Positions 14,117 through 26,772 of a DNA stretch of 64,000 nt are shown piece after piece. The notes under the pieces were generated by a model that had not been told where the DNA came from, made no database searches, and was given only the letters and a program-made list of their open reading frames with translations. The DNA lies in the NCBI GenBank assembly GCA_951406725.2, contig OX597814.1:79484001-79548000 (forward strand), in the 5' to 3' direction. The position numbers and the translations under genes were made by a program. This stretch comes from Octopus vulgaris (lineage: Eukaryota). Position 1 is the stretch's first letter. Each line of letters begins with the position of its first letter.

Positions 14117-15150
14117 CAGATGACAGGATGAGCCTATATGAGCCTATATGAGCAGAAGACTATGCATGGATATGTTAGTAGAAAGCTCGGCGATGATCGT
14201 AACATTGATCATCAAAGCAGTCTATCATGGACCAATAACAGGATTATTACCTCCCACCTTGGAGGGTATGCGTTTGCAATCCAGGAAGAGGAAATACCAA
14301 CCAGGTACCTGATGCACAAAAGAGAAAGAGATGCAGGAAAAGCAGTAAAATGTGATAACCGATGCAGACTTTGTGGAGTTAACATCGAAGATATCACCCA
14401 CATCATAAAGTAGTTGTCCGAAAATGTCATCACGGTTTTATCTACCGATGAGACATTATGTTGTAATGAAATCTGTCGGAAGGATAACCTCGAGGACAAG
14501 AAAATAAGAACCTACTCTATGGTAGAAGCCATAGCCACTCATAATAAAAAGGGGAGCTGGTGGAATGTACCGATGAAGACCTGAATAAAATGTAAACACA
14601 ACAGACCCGATATAATGATTTGGGATAGAAAAGAGAAACTGTGCAAAGTTGTGGAAATTAGCTGTCCAGTGGATGTTAACATAGAGCTGAAGATCAGTGA
14701 AAAGGGGAACACCTATGATGTGCTCTTGAGAAAATTGCAGTTACTCTATCCAGATTACAAGTTCAGGTCCAAACCTGTAATTATTGGGATCCTGGGCTAA
14801 GTACCATACTGACTAAATGCCAATCTTGAGAAATTAGGCTTCTCAAAACCAGAAAGGAGAAACCTAATCCGAAGACTACAGACCCAGTCCTTCACTGGAA
14901 CTGTAAAAATCTGTAAAACTTTTCAGACGTTTATCATTTAAATATATATGAGTATGTCTAGATATGCAACTATATGCATAAGAATACATACATAAAACAA
15001 AGCATACAAATCTACATAAATAAATACGTACATACATAAATACCTTATTGTTGATGTTGAAAATCCAATGAAGGAACCTTGGATCTAGGTTAAAAACCGG
15101 CCCTTTATCTATTGGCAAGAAATCTTGAAATAAAATTGAACAATGACATG
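14117..15150 (+). mobile_element. 5'-truncated R4/Dong-clade non-LTR retrotransposon (CCHC knuckle plus restriction-like endonuclease), pseudogenised
   Basis: CRLCGVNIEDITHII..SCPKMS zinc knuckle and RPDIMIWDRKEKLCKVVEISCP...PVIIGILG PD-(D/E)xK domain. Frameshifts and stops present. Flanked by (CATA)n. Confidence 0.9.
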
Positions 15151-15222
15151 CATACAAACATACATACATGCATACATATGCATCTATGTGTGCGTATATA
15201 TATGTGCGTATACATACATACA

Positions 15223-15290
<68 letters not shown>

Positions 15291-15295
15291 TTTAC

Positions 15296-18200
15296 ATATA
15301 TGTAAAAGTAAAAAAATACACAAACTGGGACAAGAACGTGAAACATTTAGAAGACGACACAAAAAACACGGACGGGACTTTCGAAGCTCTCAGTCATCAG
15401 TCAAGAACCGGATCATCTTCGCAATTTCGGCTGATTAATCTTGAGATTGCTCCGATCTGGGCAGCCCCCATGGGAAATCTAAGCCAAGCGCATTAGATTC
15501 CTAGGAAGAAAGCCTCGAAAGTATACAACACAGGGACGGAAAACGGACGATGTTACACGAATAAAAATACAAAAATACGTAAAAACAATAATGATAGCAC
15601 GAATAAGAATACAAAATACGTAAAAACAATAATAACAAAACCAGGACGTCAGGACAAGCGTCTTTTCGACAGGACGAGTTAAGTTTAGTTTAGGGCTGGC
15701 TATGGAAGAGTGCCTTAAGGCAACGGAGCACAAACAAATACGTGTTGCCACACTGACTACTGGATGCGAAAAGGCAGTAGTCGCTGGCTGGTCACGTGAG
15801 CACAAAAGAGAGGAGAAAGGGACAGATGAAGAGAGAAAGAAGGGGAACAAGGGAGGAGAAGAAGAGAGGGAAAGAGACAGGTCAAGTGGGGTGTAAGGTG
15901 TGAGAGGCAGAGAAATATGGGAGGGGGGGAAAGAGACAGTGTAGTAGAGTCGTACCAATGTTAGAGAGTAATATACTTACGTATAGGGTCAAAAAGTGGG
16001 TACGTAGCCGCCATGTATATATGTAAAAGTAAAAAATACACAAACTGGGACAAGAACGTGAAACATTTAGAAGACGACACAAAAAACACGGACGGGACTT
16101 TCGAAGCTCTCAGTCATCAGTCAAGAACCGGATCATCTTCGCAATTTCGGCTGATTAATCTTGAGATTGCTCCGATCTGGGCAGCCCCCAAGGGAAATCT
16201 AAGCCAAGCGCATTAGATTCCTTGGAAGAAAGCCTCGAAAGTATACAACACAGGGACGGAAAACGGACGATGTTACACGAATAAAAATACAAAAATACGT
16301 AAAAACAATAATGATAGCACGAATAAGAATACAAAATACGTAAAAACAATAATAACAAAACCAGGACGTCAGGACAAGCGTCTTTTCGACAGGACGAGTT
16401 AAGTTTAGTTTAGGGCTGGCTATGGAAGAGTGCCTTAAGGCAACGGAGCACAAACAAATACGTGTTGCCACACTGACTACTGGATGCGAAAAGGCAGTAG
16501 TCGCTGGCTGGTCACGTGAGCACAAAAGAGAGGAGAAAGGGACAGATGAAGAGAGAAAGAAGGGGAACAAGGGAGGAGAAGAAGAGAGGGAAAGAGACAG
16601 GTCAAGTGGGGTGTAAGGTGTGAGAGGCAGAGAAATATGGGAGAGGGGGGGAAAAAGAGACAGTGTAGTAGAGTCGTACCAATGTTAGAGAGTAATATAC
16701 TTACGTATAGGGTCAAAAAGTGGGTACGTAGCCGCCATGTATATATGTAAAAGTAAAAAATACACAAACTGGGACAAGAACGTGAAACATTTAGAAGACG
16801 ACACAAAAAACACGGACGGGACTTTCGAAGCTCTCAGTCATCAGTCAAGAACCGGATCATCTTCGCAATTTCGGCTGATTAATCTTGAGATTGCTCCGAT
16901 CTGGGCAGCCCCCAAGGGAAATCTAAGCCAAGCGCATTAGATTCCTTGGAAGAAAGCCTCGAAAGTATACAACACAGGGACGGAAAACGGACGATGTTAC
17001 ACGAATAAAAATACAAAAATACGTAAAAACAATAATGATAGCACGAATAAGAATACAAAATACGTAAAAACAATAATAACAAAACCAGGACGTCAGGACA
17101 AGCGTCTTTTCGACAGGACGAGTTAAGTTTAGTTTAGGGCTGGCTATGGAAGAGTGCCTTAAGGCAACGGAGCACAAACAAATACGTGTTGCCACACTGA
17201 CTACTGGATGCGAAAAGGCAGTAGTCGCTGGCTGGTCACGTGAGCACAAAAGAGAGGAGAAAGGGACAGATGAAGAGAGAAAGAAGGGGAACAAGGGAGG
17301 AGAAGAAGAGAGGGAAAGAGACAGGTCAAGTGGGGTGTAAGGTGTGAGAGGCAGAGAAATATGGGAGAGGGGGGAAAAAGAGACAGTGTAGTAGAGTCGT
17401 ACCAATGTTAGAGAGTAATATACTTACGTATAGGGTCAAAAAGTGGGTACGTAGCCGCCATGTATATATGTAAAAGTAAAAAATACACAAACTGGGACAA
17501 GAACGTGAAACATTTAGAAGACGACACAAAAAACACGGACGGGACTTTCGAAGCTCTCAGTCATCAGTCAAGAACCGGATCATCTTCGCAATTTCGGCTG
17601 ATTAATCTTGAGATTGCTCCGATCTGGGCAGCCCCCAAGGGAAATCTAAGCCAAGCGCATTAGATTCCTTGGAAGAAAGCCTCGAAAGTATACAACACAG
17701 GGACGGAAAACGGACGATGTTACACGAATAAAAATACAAAAATACGTAAAAACAATAATGATAGCACGAATAAGAATACAAAATACGTAAAAACAATAAT
17801 AACAAAACCAGGACGTCAGGACAAGCGTCTTTTCGACAGGACGAGTTAAGTTTAGTTTAGGGCTGGCTATGGAAGAGTGCCTTAAGGCAACGGAGCACAA
17901 ACAAATACGTGTTGCCACACTGACTACTGGATGCGAAAAGGCAGTAGTCGCTGGCTGGTCACGTGAGCACAAAAGAGAGGAGAAAGGGACAGATGAAGAG
18001 AGAAAGAAGGGGAACAAGGGAGGAGAAGAAGAGAGGGAAAGAGACAGGTCAAGTGGGGTGTAAGGTGTGAGAGGCAGAGAAATATGGGAGAGGGGGGGGA
18101 AAAAGAGGCAGTGTAGTAGAGTCGTACCAATGTTAGAGAGTAATATACTTACGTATAGGGTCAAAAAGTGGGTACGTAGCCGCCATGTATATATGTAAAA

Positions 18201-18489
18201 GTAAAAAAATACACAAACTGGGACAAGAACGTGAAACATTTAGAAGACGACACAAAAAACACGGACGGGACTTTCGAAGCTCTCAGTCATCAGTCAAGAA
18301 CCGGATCATCTTCGCAATTTCGGCTGATTAATCTTGAGATTGCTCCGATCTGGGCAGCCCCCAAGGGAAATCTAAGCCAAGCGCATTAGATTCCTTGGAA
18401 GAAAGCCTCGAAAGTATACAACACAGGGACGGAAAACGGACGATGTTACACGAATAAAAATACAAAAATACGTAAAAACAATAATGATA
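15296..18489 (-). repeat. tandem array of 4.4 near-identical ~723-bp non-coding units, flanked by (TA)n; probable Penelope-like/retrozyme-type element
   Basis: Unit periods are 720, 724, 723 and 726 bp, differing mostly in G/A homopolymer lengths. The same short ORFs recur in the track. (TA)n lies at both ends. Confidence 0.95.
15390..15450 (-). ncRNA. candidate pseudoknotted (permuted) hammerhead ribozyme; copies at 16110-16170, 16834-16894, 17557-17617, 18283-18343
   Basis: Minus strand: gcaa-UC-ucaaga-uuaa-ucag-cc-GAAA-uugc-(14 nt)-ucuuga-CUGAUGA-cuga. Stem I ucaaga/ucuuga, stem III gcaaU/Auugc, stem II cuga/ucag with an unpaired CC. Confidence 0.5.
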
Positions 18490-18953
18490 TATATATATAT
18501 ATAAACAATTCAGAGAGTTTCTATTTTGGATATATTTGGGGTACTTAGTTGTGCTCATGACTTAGTGTTCGCTTCTTTCATGGGTATATGTAAGTATTTC
18601 ACTTATTTCTTTGCCGCATTTATCACTGATGAAGGAAAGGTTCTTATGAACTAACTCTGAAATCGGGTCCGATATGGCAATAACGGGATTTTTAGAAATT
18701 TCTGTCGGCTTTCTTTGAAACGTGTGCTTGTAGTGATAAATTACATGGTTATTGGCGTTGTCTCTATTTTCGGCATATTTTGGCATTAGAAATTTTTTCT
18801 TTTGCCCTTACTTATAAATTGTTTATAAATTTAACCTTTAAAGGTATTTTTTAATACGCTGGCCATTGATAGAATGTTTTCCGAAATGTTGAAGGGAATC
18901 TAACAGTTTTATCTGTTTCTTAAACTGCTTATAAACACCTTCCACGCTGCAAT

Positions 18954-18957
<4 letters not shown>
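18490..18957 (+). mobile_element. ~470-bp dispersed repeat between (TA)n tracts carrying a hammerhead motif
   Basis: ~18730-18885 is homologous to ~30998-31142 (ctattttcggcatattt..gcattagaa...ttaacctttaaaggtattttttaata.gctggccattgata). Confidence 0.7.
18611..18680 (+). ncRNA. type I hammerhead ribozyme motif, partly decayed
   Basis: uugcc..uauca-CUGAUGA-ag..guuc(uuau)gaac..cu-GAAA-ucggg-UC-cgaua-u-ggcaa. Extended stem I (uauc/gaua, uugcc/ggcaa) with an A-C mismatch next to the core. Confidence 0.55.
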
Positions 18958-19432
<475 letters not shown>

Positions 19433-20558
19433 ACACATAGATGCATACAAATACATATCATATACGACCCGATTTCATGCAGTTCCCATCTAGTAAATTC
19501 ACTATCAAGGTGCTAGTTGTCCAAGAGCTACAGTTGGGCCATTCTCATGAAAGTTAAATCAAAAGAGGTTTTTTTTAAATGCCTTGAAAAATCATTATAT
19601 ACCTGTAATGGTATGTTGAAATGGTTTATTTTCAACTAGATATCGATATTAGGACAATTTCTTCCATATCTGCACTATTTGAAGATATATAAAATATTTG
19701 ACGTATGTCACATCCATTTTGGTCCCACACATCACACCAGGTAAATGAAAATTTAAACCACAGCCATTGTTTCCCAGCAAGCATATTATCATGTTTTGAA
19801 ATTTAAAGGTCAATGTAAATAAACACGATGAGGCTTTTTCTGCTACTCTAGAGAAGTTCAGAAGTAGCAGTTTATATTTTCAGGTGAAAAAATATTAATT
19901 TGTTCGATGTCGCCAGCGTTACACTTTTTGAATTCAACATACGTTCCAGGTAAAATGTTTTCGTTTTATACTGGCCTGGGTAGTCAAACTTTAATCAAGA
20001 ATTCTTGTAAATGTTTAAAATTTACAGCTTAGATATTTCATATTTTGGTTCACAAGCTGTCACGTACGTAACACGTAACTGGCACAGTAAAAGATTTTAC
20101 ACGTTTTAATTTGAAACTGTGTTCAAAATTGCAAAGTCAAATGTTACATAAAAATAAGGTATTATCTACCAAGGTCTTGATGGTTTACAAAAGTAAACTT
20201 TGATTTGAAACTATGCTGTCCTTGTTTGCTTGTCGAAAATGTTTGCTCCTGTTCTACATTAAGCTATTTCACTAGTTTACTTAAGAGCTGAGCACGGTTA
20301 CATTACAGTTGTCTGAGACTCTTATAGGCAGCTTACAGAGACTCTTATATGCAGCTTCATGAACCATCCTTGTCTTATTTAAGTTTTAACAAATGTTATC
20401 AATGCCACATCAAGTATGGATTGAAATATTGAAAATACGACTGAGTTTTCTTTCACAAGCATTTTCCGGATCGGTATCATCATATGGCCCACTAGAGTAT
20501 TGGAGATATTTTAATGAAATATACGAGAATCTTGAAAACAGAGGAAACATACAAAATA

Positions 20559-20618
<60 letters not shown>

Positions 20619-21727
20619 GTGCTCATACGCAATGACGATGAAGTAGATGCGGAGGAGGAGGAGAAAGAGAGGGATAATAGCGAAACAGTGCCAGGATGAA
20701 AGAGTAATTCATTTATAATGTTATTATTGCGTTAGTAAAGAAAGTGTTCTATAAATTTCGTTTATTTCGAGATTGCCAATGGTTTTTCATCATTTAGAAG
20801 TCATTTTTCGTGATGATAGTCAAGAGTAGAGTTTGATTCAATGAGCTTATAATGAGAAAAACTGATGGCTTATAATGATGTATATGCTCTCGGTTTCACG
20901 TAAGACAACATTTATTCAAATTTAATGAGGTTTCGATTTAAACTTATATAATACGGAAACTTTCCCTTCTTAGGAAATCTAGACAATGTATAGGTTGCAA
21001 TGTGAAATTAATTGTGCGTGCACTCGTTAAATACTCATCCACAAGAAGATATATTATACTCGTGTAAGCATGCTCAATTATTCATATCTACTTTTATTAC
21101 TTTGAATCTCTTCCAAGAATGAACTACAGTAATACAATGGATAAATAGTTTGAATTTGAAAACAAGAGAAGTGAGATCGATTTTACTGCAAGAATATAAG
21201 AATATAATATTAGACCTAAACATTGTTCCCTTTGCATTGTTTCTCTTCATATTCTGAGCAGAAGTGTTTGGGGATAGCAACAAAACAAAATAATTGCTTT
21301 CTCTAACTACGAGTTAAATTGCTGTTAAATTAAAACCTGTAAAGAATTAACATGAATCTGGTGCATGGAAATCCAGAGACATAATTTCAACAATGTGATA
21401 GTGTTATCAATGATTCTTGACTTTGACACAAGGTCAACGAATTTGAAGCAGGAGAATATTTCACTTGTGTGTATCGACTTTGGGAATACGAAAGGCAATG
21501 TCGGCTACGGCGACTTCTAAACCGAGAATGCAAGGGGGCGTAACAAATACAAAGGTGTGTAAAGCCTATAATTCAGTACTTGATAGCGTCTAGGACCCAC
21601 CAATCTAGCAGTTCAAATAATGTCTTAAGCACAATCCGGCTTCCTTTGCAAATAATACAACATGGTAACTATATAGAGCTACCGTCAAAGTTGCCCCAGT
21701 CGTGGTCAACCACAAACGGAGCGACTC

Positions 21728-21804
<77 letters not shown>

Positions 21805-22676
21805 GATGTAGTATATTTGGAACTACTTTCTCGAATCCACCATTTATATAATGTTGTTGGTGTGATTTGAGTGAGATCTGGCTGTTACAGGAGGCTGAGC
21901 GACGTCGTAGAAGCTTCCTTGTAAGAACCACTCTCTTCCTTTCCTTCTTTTTTCTTTCTTTTCTTCCTTCCTGCATTTCTTTGTTTGTTTCTTTCTTTTT
22001 CTTTGTTTCTTTCTCTCTCTCTTCCTTTCCTTCTTTCTCTCTGTCTCTGTCTCTCTCTGTCTTTCTTTACTTTCCTTTCTTTTTCTTTCTTTCTTTCTTT
22101 CTTTTTTCCTTTCTTTCCCCTCCTCTCACTCTCTGTCGTTGAGAAATAAGCAGAGCCATTCCTACAGTCCGTGTGTGTAGAAATATAATTATATTTGGTA
22201 TTAGACGACTAACCTAGTGAGAAACTTGACCATGCAAATATTAGAGACTCCAGAGCGAGGAGAAAAAATAACTGACAAAAAGCGTGATTGTTGTTGTTGA
22301 TGAAGATGATTATGATGATGATATTGCTGGTCAGAATGGCGGTGTCAGTGGTTGTGTCGTTGGTCGTGTTTGTGGTGGAAGTGGTGGTGGTGGTGGTGGA
22401 GAGAATTTTTAAAGATGACAGCTACAGTGGCGCTGATGACGTAGTGGTGAAGGCGAGGGTCGCGGTGGGCGAAAGGGACGATGATGACGGTGGTGGCGAC
22501 GATGCGAGGTGGGAGCTGGAGATTGTTGCTGCATTGCGAAAAGTGCAATGAGCTAATAGTTGCTAAGAAACCACCCAAGGGAACAAGTTTACAGAACAAT
22601 AGCGATAGTGGTGTGGGTAAGAGTGACGGAGCAGTCAATGATAACAAGAACAAGAACAGCAAGAAGAACAACAACA

Positions 22677-22722
<46 letters not shown>

Positions 22723-22795
22723 TGAAGAAGAGCAACATTAACTACTGAAGCTGCTGTGGCTGCTGTTGCTGCTGCAGCTGCTGCTGCTGCTGCTG

Positions 22796-22856
<61 letters not shown>

Positions 22857-24424
22857 AAGGAAGTGCAGGGACGCTTCTTTGACCTATACCTAATAAATTG
22901 TGTGAAACATATGTAGGTTATCGGTTCCATATGGCAGTTACATGCAGAAGGGAATACAGGCTGGTTGGCTGTCTTAAAGATATGGCTGTTTAGCGTGTCA
23001 ACACACTATGGGTGGCATTTCAGTATTCTGTATACAGATACATTGCATATGGTGGGAGAATTTTTCCGATAATCGGTCATGATAAAATGCCGGTGATCAT
23101 AAATAAACATCGTTTCTGAATGAAAGACTGTTCTGTCTTTAGTATTGAATGAATGTATCCGTCGAAACCAGTGTGTTTAATGCGTTGCAGTCGCATTTCT
23201 TTTTACATGGCATGTCACACATCAACAGTGAATGAATTTTACTTACATTTTCATGAATTATATCTCTTAATCAATCTGTTTATTATTGTTAGACGATCAA
23301 GTTCATTATCCAACTTTAAGCCTGGTGTTATCAATAAGTGATAAATTCCATAGATATAAATTCTAGAATGAGCTCAATAGTATTCAACTCTTCATTGGAC
23401 CTCATCCAAAGTAGTTGATAACATTTAACATATTAAGATAAGAAAACTCTTTAAAATTTTGGTGTTGTTGCTGATTATTGCAAATGCAAAAGATTGAAAC
23501 ATTTTGGAGTCAAATGTTTTGACCACGGATAAACGAAACCGTTCGTAATAAGATTCAAACTGTTCTACACACACTTGCACATTTACTATCAATTCGATTC
23601 GTTGATATGTGCAAAAGATTATATGAGAAGCTTTCGGGCGAATCCAATCAATTTATCAGACATTTTTTAAAGAAGAGCTTTATAGTTTGCTTGAAGCGTT
23701 GTGATACAAAAGGTAAAATAGCAAAATAATGAATATGGAGACCTTGCTATGTGAAAAGCAAGAAGTTTAGCAACCTGTATATATTTCAAGCACAAAGGCG
23801 CACCACTAGAAGTGAACAGAATAAAGAAATGTGAGACTATAAAAATCTGGACATGTTGAGTACTGTGTGAGTACCGGCACTCACTTTCTTTTACGTTCTT
23901 CATTTCTGATGACGGGCCTGAAATATAAAAAGATTGCTAAATATTTCTCTTTTCGCATTGAAAAAAGTTCTCCGTTTTCCCATTTTTGCTATATTCTAAT
24001 CGAATTGATTTATAAAAAGACAGTATTGAAACGCAAAACTACTAAACAGCTTTTCTGCCTCTGTCTTCTCGATTAGATAATTATTTATAGAATATTAAAA
24101 TGGTCACTAAAAACCAAGAAACTTACGTTAATATTTGTTAAATATGTCATAAGGGATAGTTTATGAGTGTTATGTAATTTAGCTGCAGATCAACCTTGAT
24201 CCGTATGTTCAGAGCAAATCCGACCGTGACAGTCTTGGTTTTATAAGAGAATTTTGGGCTGCATTATCCAGTGTGTCCTTTTCCTTTTGCGAGACAGTCA
24301 TGAATGATTTGAGGGAAATTTAGTTATTATATCCAGTAAGATGAGCGTCAATGTAGTGTCTACTTTGCTCGTGTTTATAGTATACACACAACTATAATTT
24401 AAAATATTTATACCTACAAAAGGT

Positions 24425-24735
24425 GAAGACGCGTAGCTTAGTGGTTAGGGTATTCAACTCACGATCAAGGTTGTGAGTTCAATTCCCGGCGACGCGTTGT
24501 GTCCTTGAGCAAAACACTTTATTTCACGTTGCTCCAGTTCACTCAGCTGGCAAAAATGAGTTGTACTTGTTTTTCAAAGGGCCAGCCTTGTCACACTCTG
24601 TGTCACGCTGAATCTCACTGAGAACTACGTAAAGGGTACACGTGTCTGTGGAGTGCTCAACCACATGCACGTTAATTTCATGAGCACGCTGTTCTGTTGA
24701 TAGGATCAACTGGAACCCTTGTTGTAACCGACAGT
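24425..24735 (+). mobile_element. tRNA-derived SINE (family C, V-domain-like gtgtccttgagcaaaacactt)
   Basis: A box tagcttagtgg and B box gagttcaattccc, followed by a SINE body. Confidence 0.8.
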
Positions 24736-25149
24736 ATGTCATATATCTACAAAATAATTCATAAGTTAACAACGTGATTAAGTTGGAGAGGTGTTGGATT
24801 TACTACACATAGGTAGTTTCATAACCACAAACGTTTTGCCTTGCGCATTTAATCTAGCTAGCTCGCTTGTTATGCTGCAATGGGGAAACATTTATAAAAT
24901 TGATTTACTTCTGGCTGATTTGAAAATGACAAATGAAGTGACACCCAGGAAAAATTTGTAACACAGATTTATGTCTGTGGTCTGTCAAATGTGAGTGTTG
25001 CAGTATTGGCAGGCTGAAATGTTGCTTTTCAGTAAGTGGTTACTTACTATATGTGGTTACTTTTTTTTGAACATTTGACACAGTGCAATACATAGAAATA
25101 TATTGATAATAAATAAATAATAAATGGTGGATGATGTAATAGAAGTAAT

Positions 25150-25705
25150 GTAACCCAGAACAGGCCGAGTCAGGTTAGATGAGGAGTCATGCACCATTGT
25201 AGTGCGTTGTTGCCTTCCCATTTGTCAGTATATTCCCAGGTCCTCCCGAGAGACCCATCGAGCTGAGTCCCAGTCGTCCCCGTCTCCTCGAGATGCTTCC
25301 TCATCAGCTGTGACCACCAGAATGTAGTCGACCAATACACGGAGTCAATCTAGCCGGATCCTCAGTGAAGAGAATACAGTAAGTAGGGTCTAATTAAAAA
25401 AATCGAGCAACATGGCCAAACAGCGTGAGCTGCTCCCGAATCATGCAAGCATCATGATGTATCCCAGAAAAGAAAGTCACATGCTGAGCCCATATTTGAA
25501 CCGTGTAGGTTGTTTCGGTGTACAAGATCATCATCATCATTTGAGGAGGTATATCTCGCAGCTCCAGAACCCTCTAAAGCACATCCCTGCCCACCGACTC
25601 AAACGCCTTGCTACGGTCGACATAGGCTGCAAGCAGCCCCTTCCGGAAGCTCCGCTTGCGTTCGGTGATTACTCGAAGAGCTAGAATCCTGTCAATAGTT
25701 GACGG
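25150..25705 (-). mobile_element. RTE-like LINE reverse transcriptase fragment
   Basis: Minus strand STIDRILALRVITERKRSFRKGLLAAYVDRSKAFESVGRDVL*RVL, the RT D..KAFD motif region, with internal deletions and stops. Confidence 0.8.
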
Positions 25706-26310
25706 ACAGGGGTACAGCAAAACTCAAGTAATGGGAAGAGCAAAGACGATAAGAACAGCATAAAGTTTTGTTTAATATATAGGAAAGGACAAAAAAGGGC
25801 GGCATCTCGTCGTTCGGCGGACTACCTGCGTACTACAGGACTGTTTGATCAGGGTTTTAATCTAAGGCAGCAAAATAAGAATATAGGCAACAGCATACTG
25901 TATATTTTTATAACATCATGCGGAACACTAAATTAACACCTGAAACAGCAAAACAAACTCCACAACTAAACGAAAGAGATGTAGCAGGTAAAGACAATTC
26001 TTCGTACACCACTGACTACCATTGCCGACCGTGGAACAGAGATGTGGAGATGCACCTTTTAGTGCAATAGAAGTTTGCATAAAACTGTTGAAAACAACAC
26101 TGACTTTGAAGATGACCACTACGACAACGACGACGACAATGAGGATGATGATGATGAAAGTGGTGGTTTTGTGTTGGTGACTTAGATTAAATACGAGGAA
26201 GGCAGGGAAATGAAATCTTGTAAGGTTCATAAGTCCAGTGAGTGTCCGTTAATAACATCATTTCAGACCGAAATAGATTTAATAAACACCCAAGCACACG
26301 CACACACACG

Positions 26311-26354
<44 letters not shown>

Positions 26355-26359
<5 letters not shown>

Positions 26360-26772
26360 TTTCGGGTAGGCCCGCATTTGGCAGTAATTACAGCTTGAAT
26401 TCTACAAGGTATGGACTCGTATAAAGTTTGAATTGTTTCCAAGGGAATTTTTGTCCATTCTTCAGCCAAAACATTCTTCAGTTCTTGTAGTGATGATGGT
26501 GGAGAGTATTGACTCCTTACTTGGTTTTCTAAAATGAACCATAAATGTTCAATGATATTGAGATCTGGAGACTGTGGTAGCCAGATAAGATGTTCAGCTT
26601 CACTAGAATGTTTCTCGTGCCATTCAGTAACAACTTTAGCTGTGTGAATTGGTGCATTATCATCCTAAAAGATTGCGTTTCCCTCAGGAAACAGTTCCGC
26701 AACCGTAGGATGAATTTGATCAGATAAAATGCTTAAATAGTCTTGACTATTAATTCTGCCATGAAGGGAAAG
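26355..26772 (-). mobile_element. Tc1-family (DD34E) transposase C-terminal fragment
   Basis: Minus strand ...IF*DDNAPIHTAKVVTEW...WLPQSPDLNIIEHLW...RIQAVITAKCGPT, with an in-frame stop. Confidence 0.9.

Noticed and set aside
15064-15116. SECIS-like hairpin in the R4 3'UTR
   Set aside because: AUGA and an A-rich loop are present but the 3' GA of the quartet is missing. It is better read as a LINE 3' stem-loop.
15370-15400. Conventional type I HHR reading CUGAUGA-cugagagcuuc-GAAA-gucccguc
   Set aside because: Stem II and stem III do not pair in this register. The permuted reading fits much better.
15468-15505. Two substitutions in the first unit (ccatgg, cctagg) that looked compensatory
   Set aside because: They are offset by one position and create two mismatches, so they are not covariation evidence.
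15479-18239. Repeated 64-197 aa ORFs in the tandem array
   Set aside because: They have no recognisable domain and change frame between units with homopolymer length.
15296-18489. CRISPR-like or rDNA-like array
   Set aside because: There are no unique spacers and no rRNA or snRNA similarity that I can recognise, and the context is eukaryotic.
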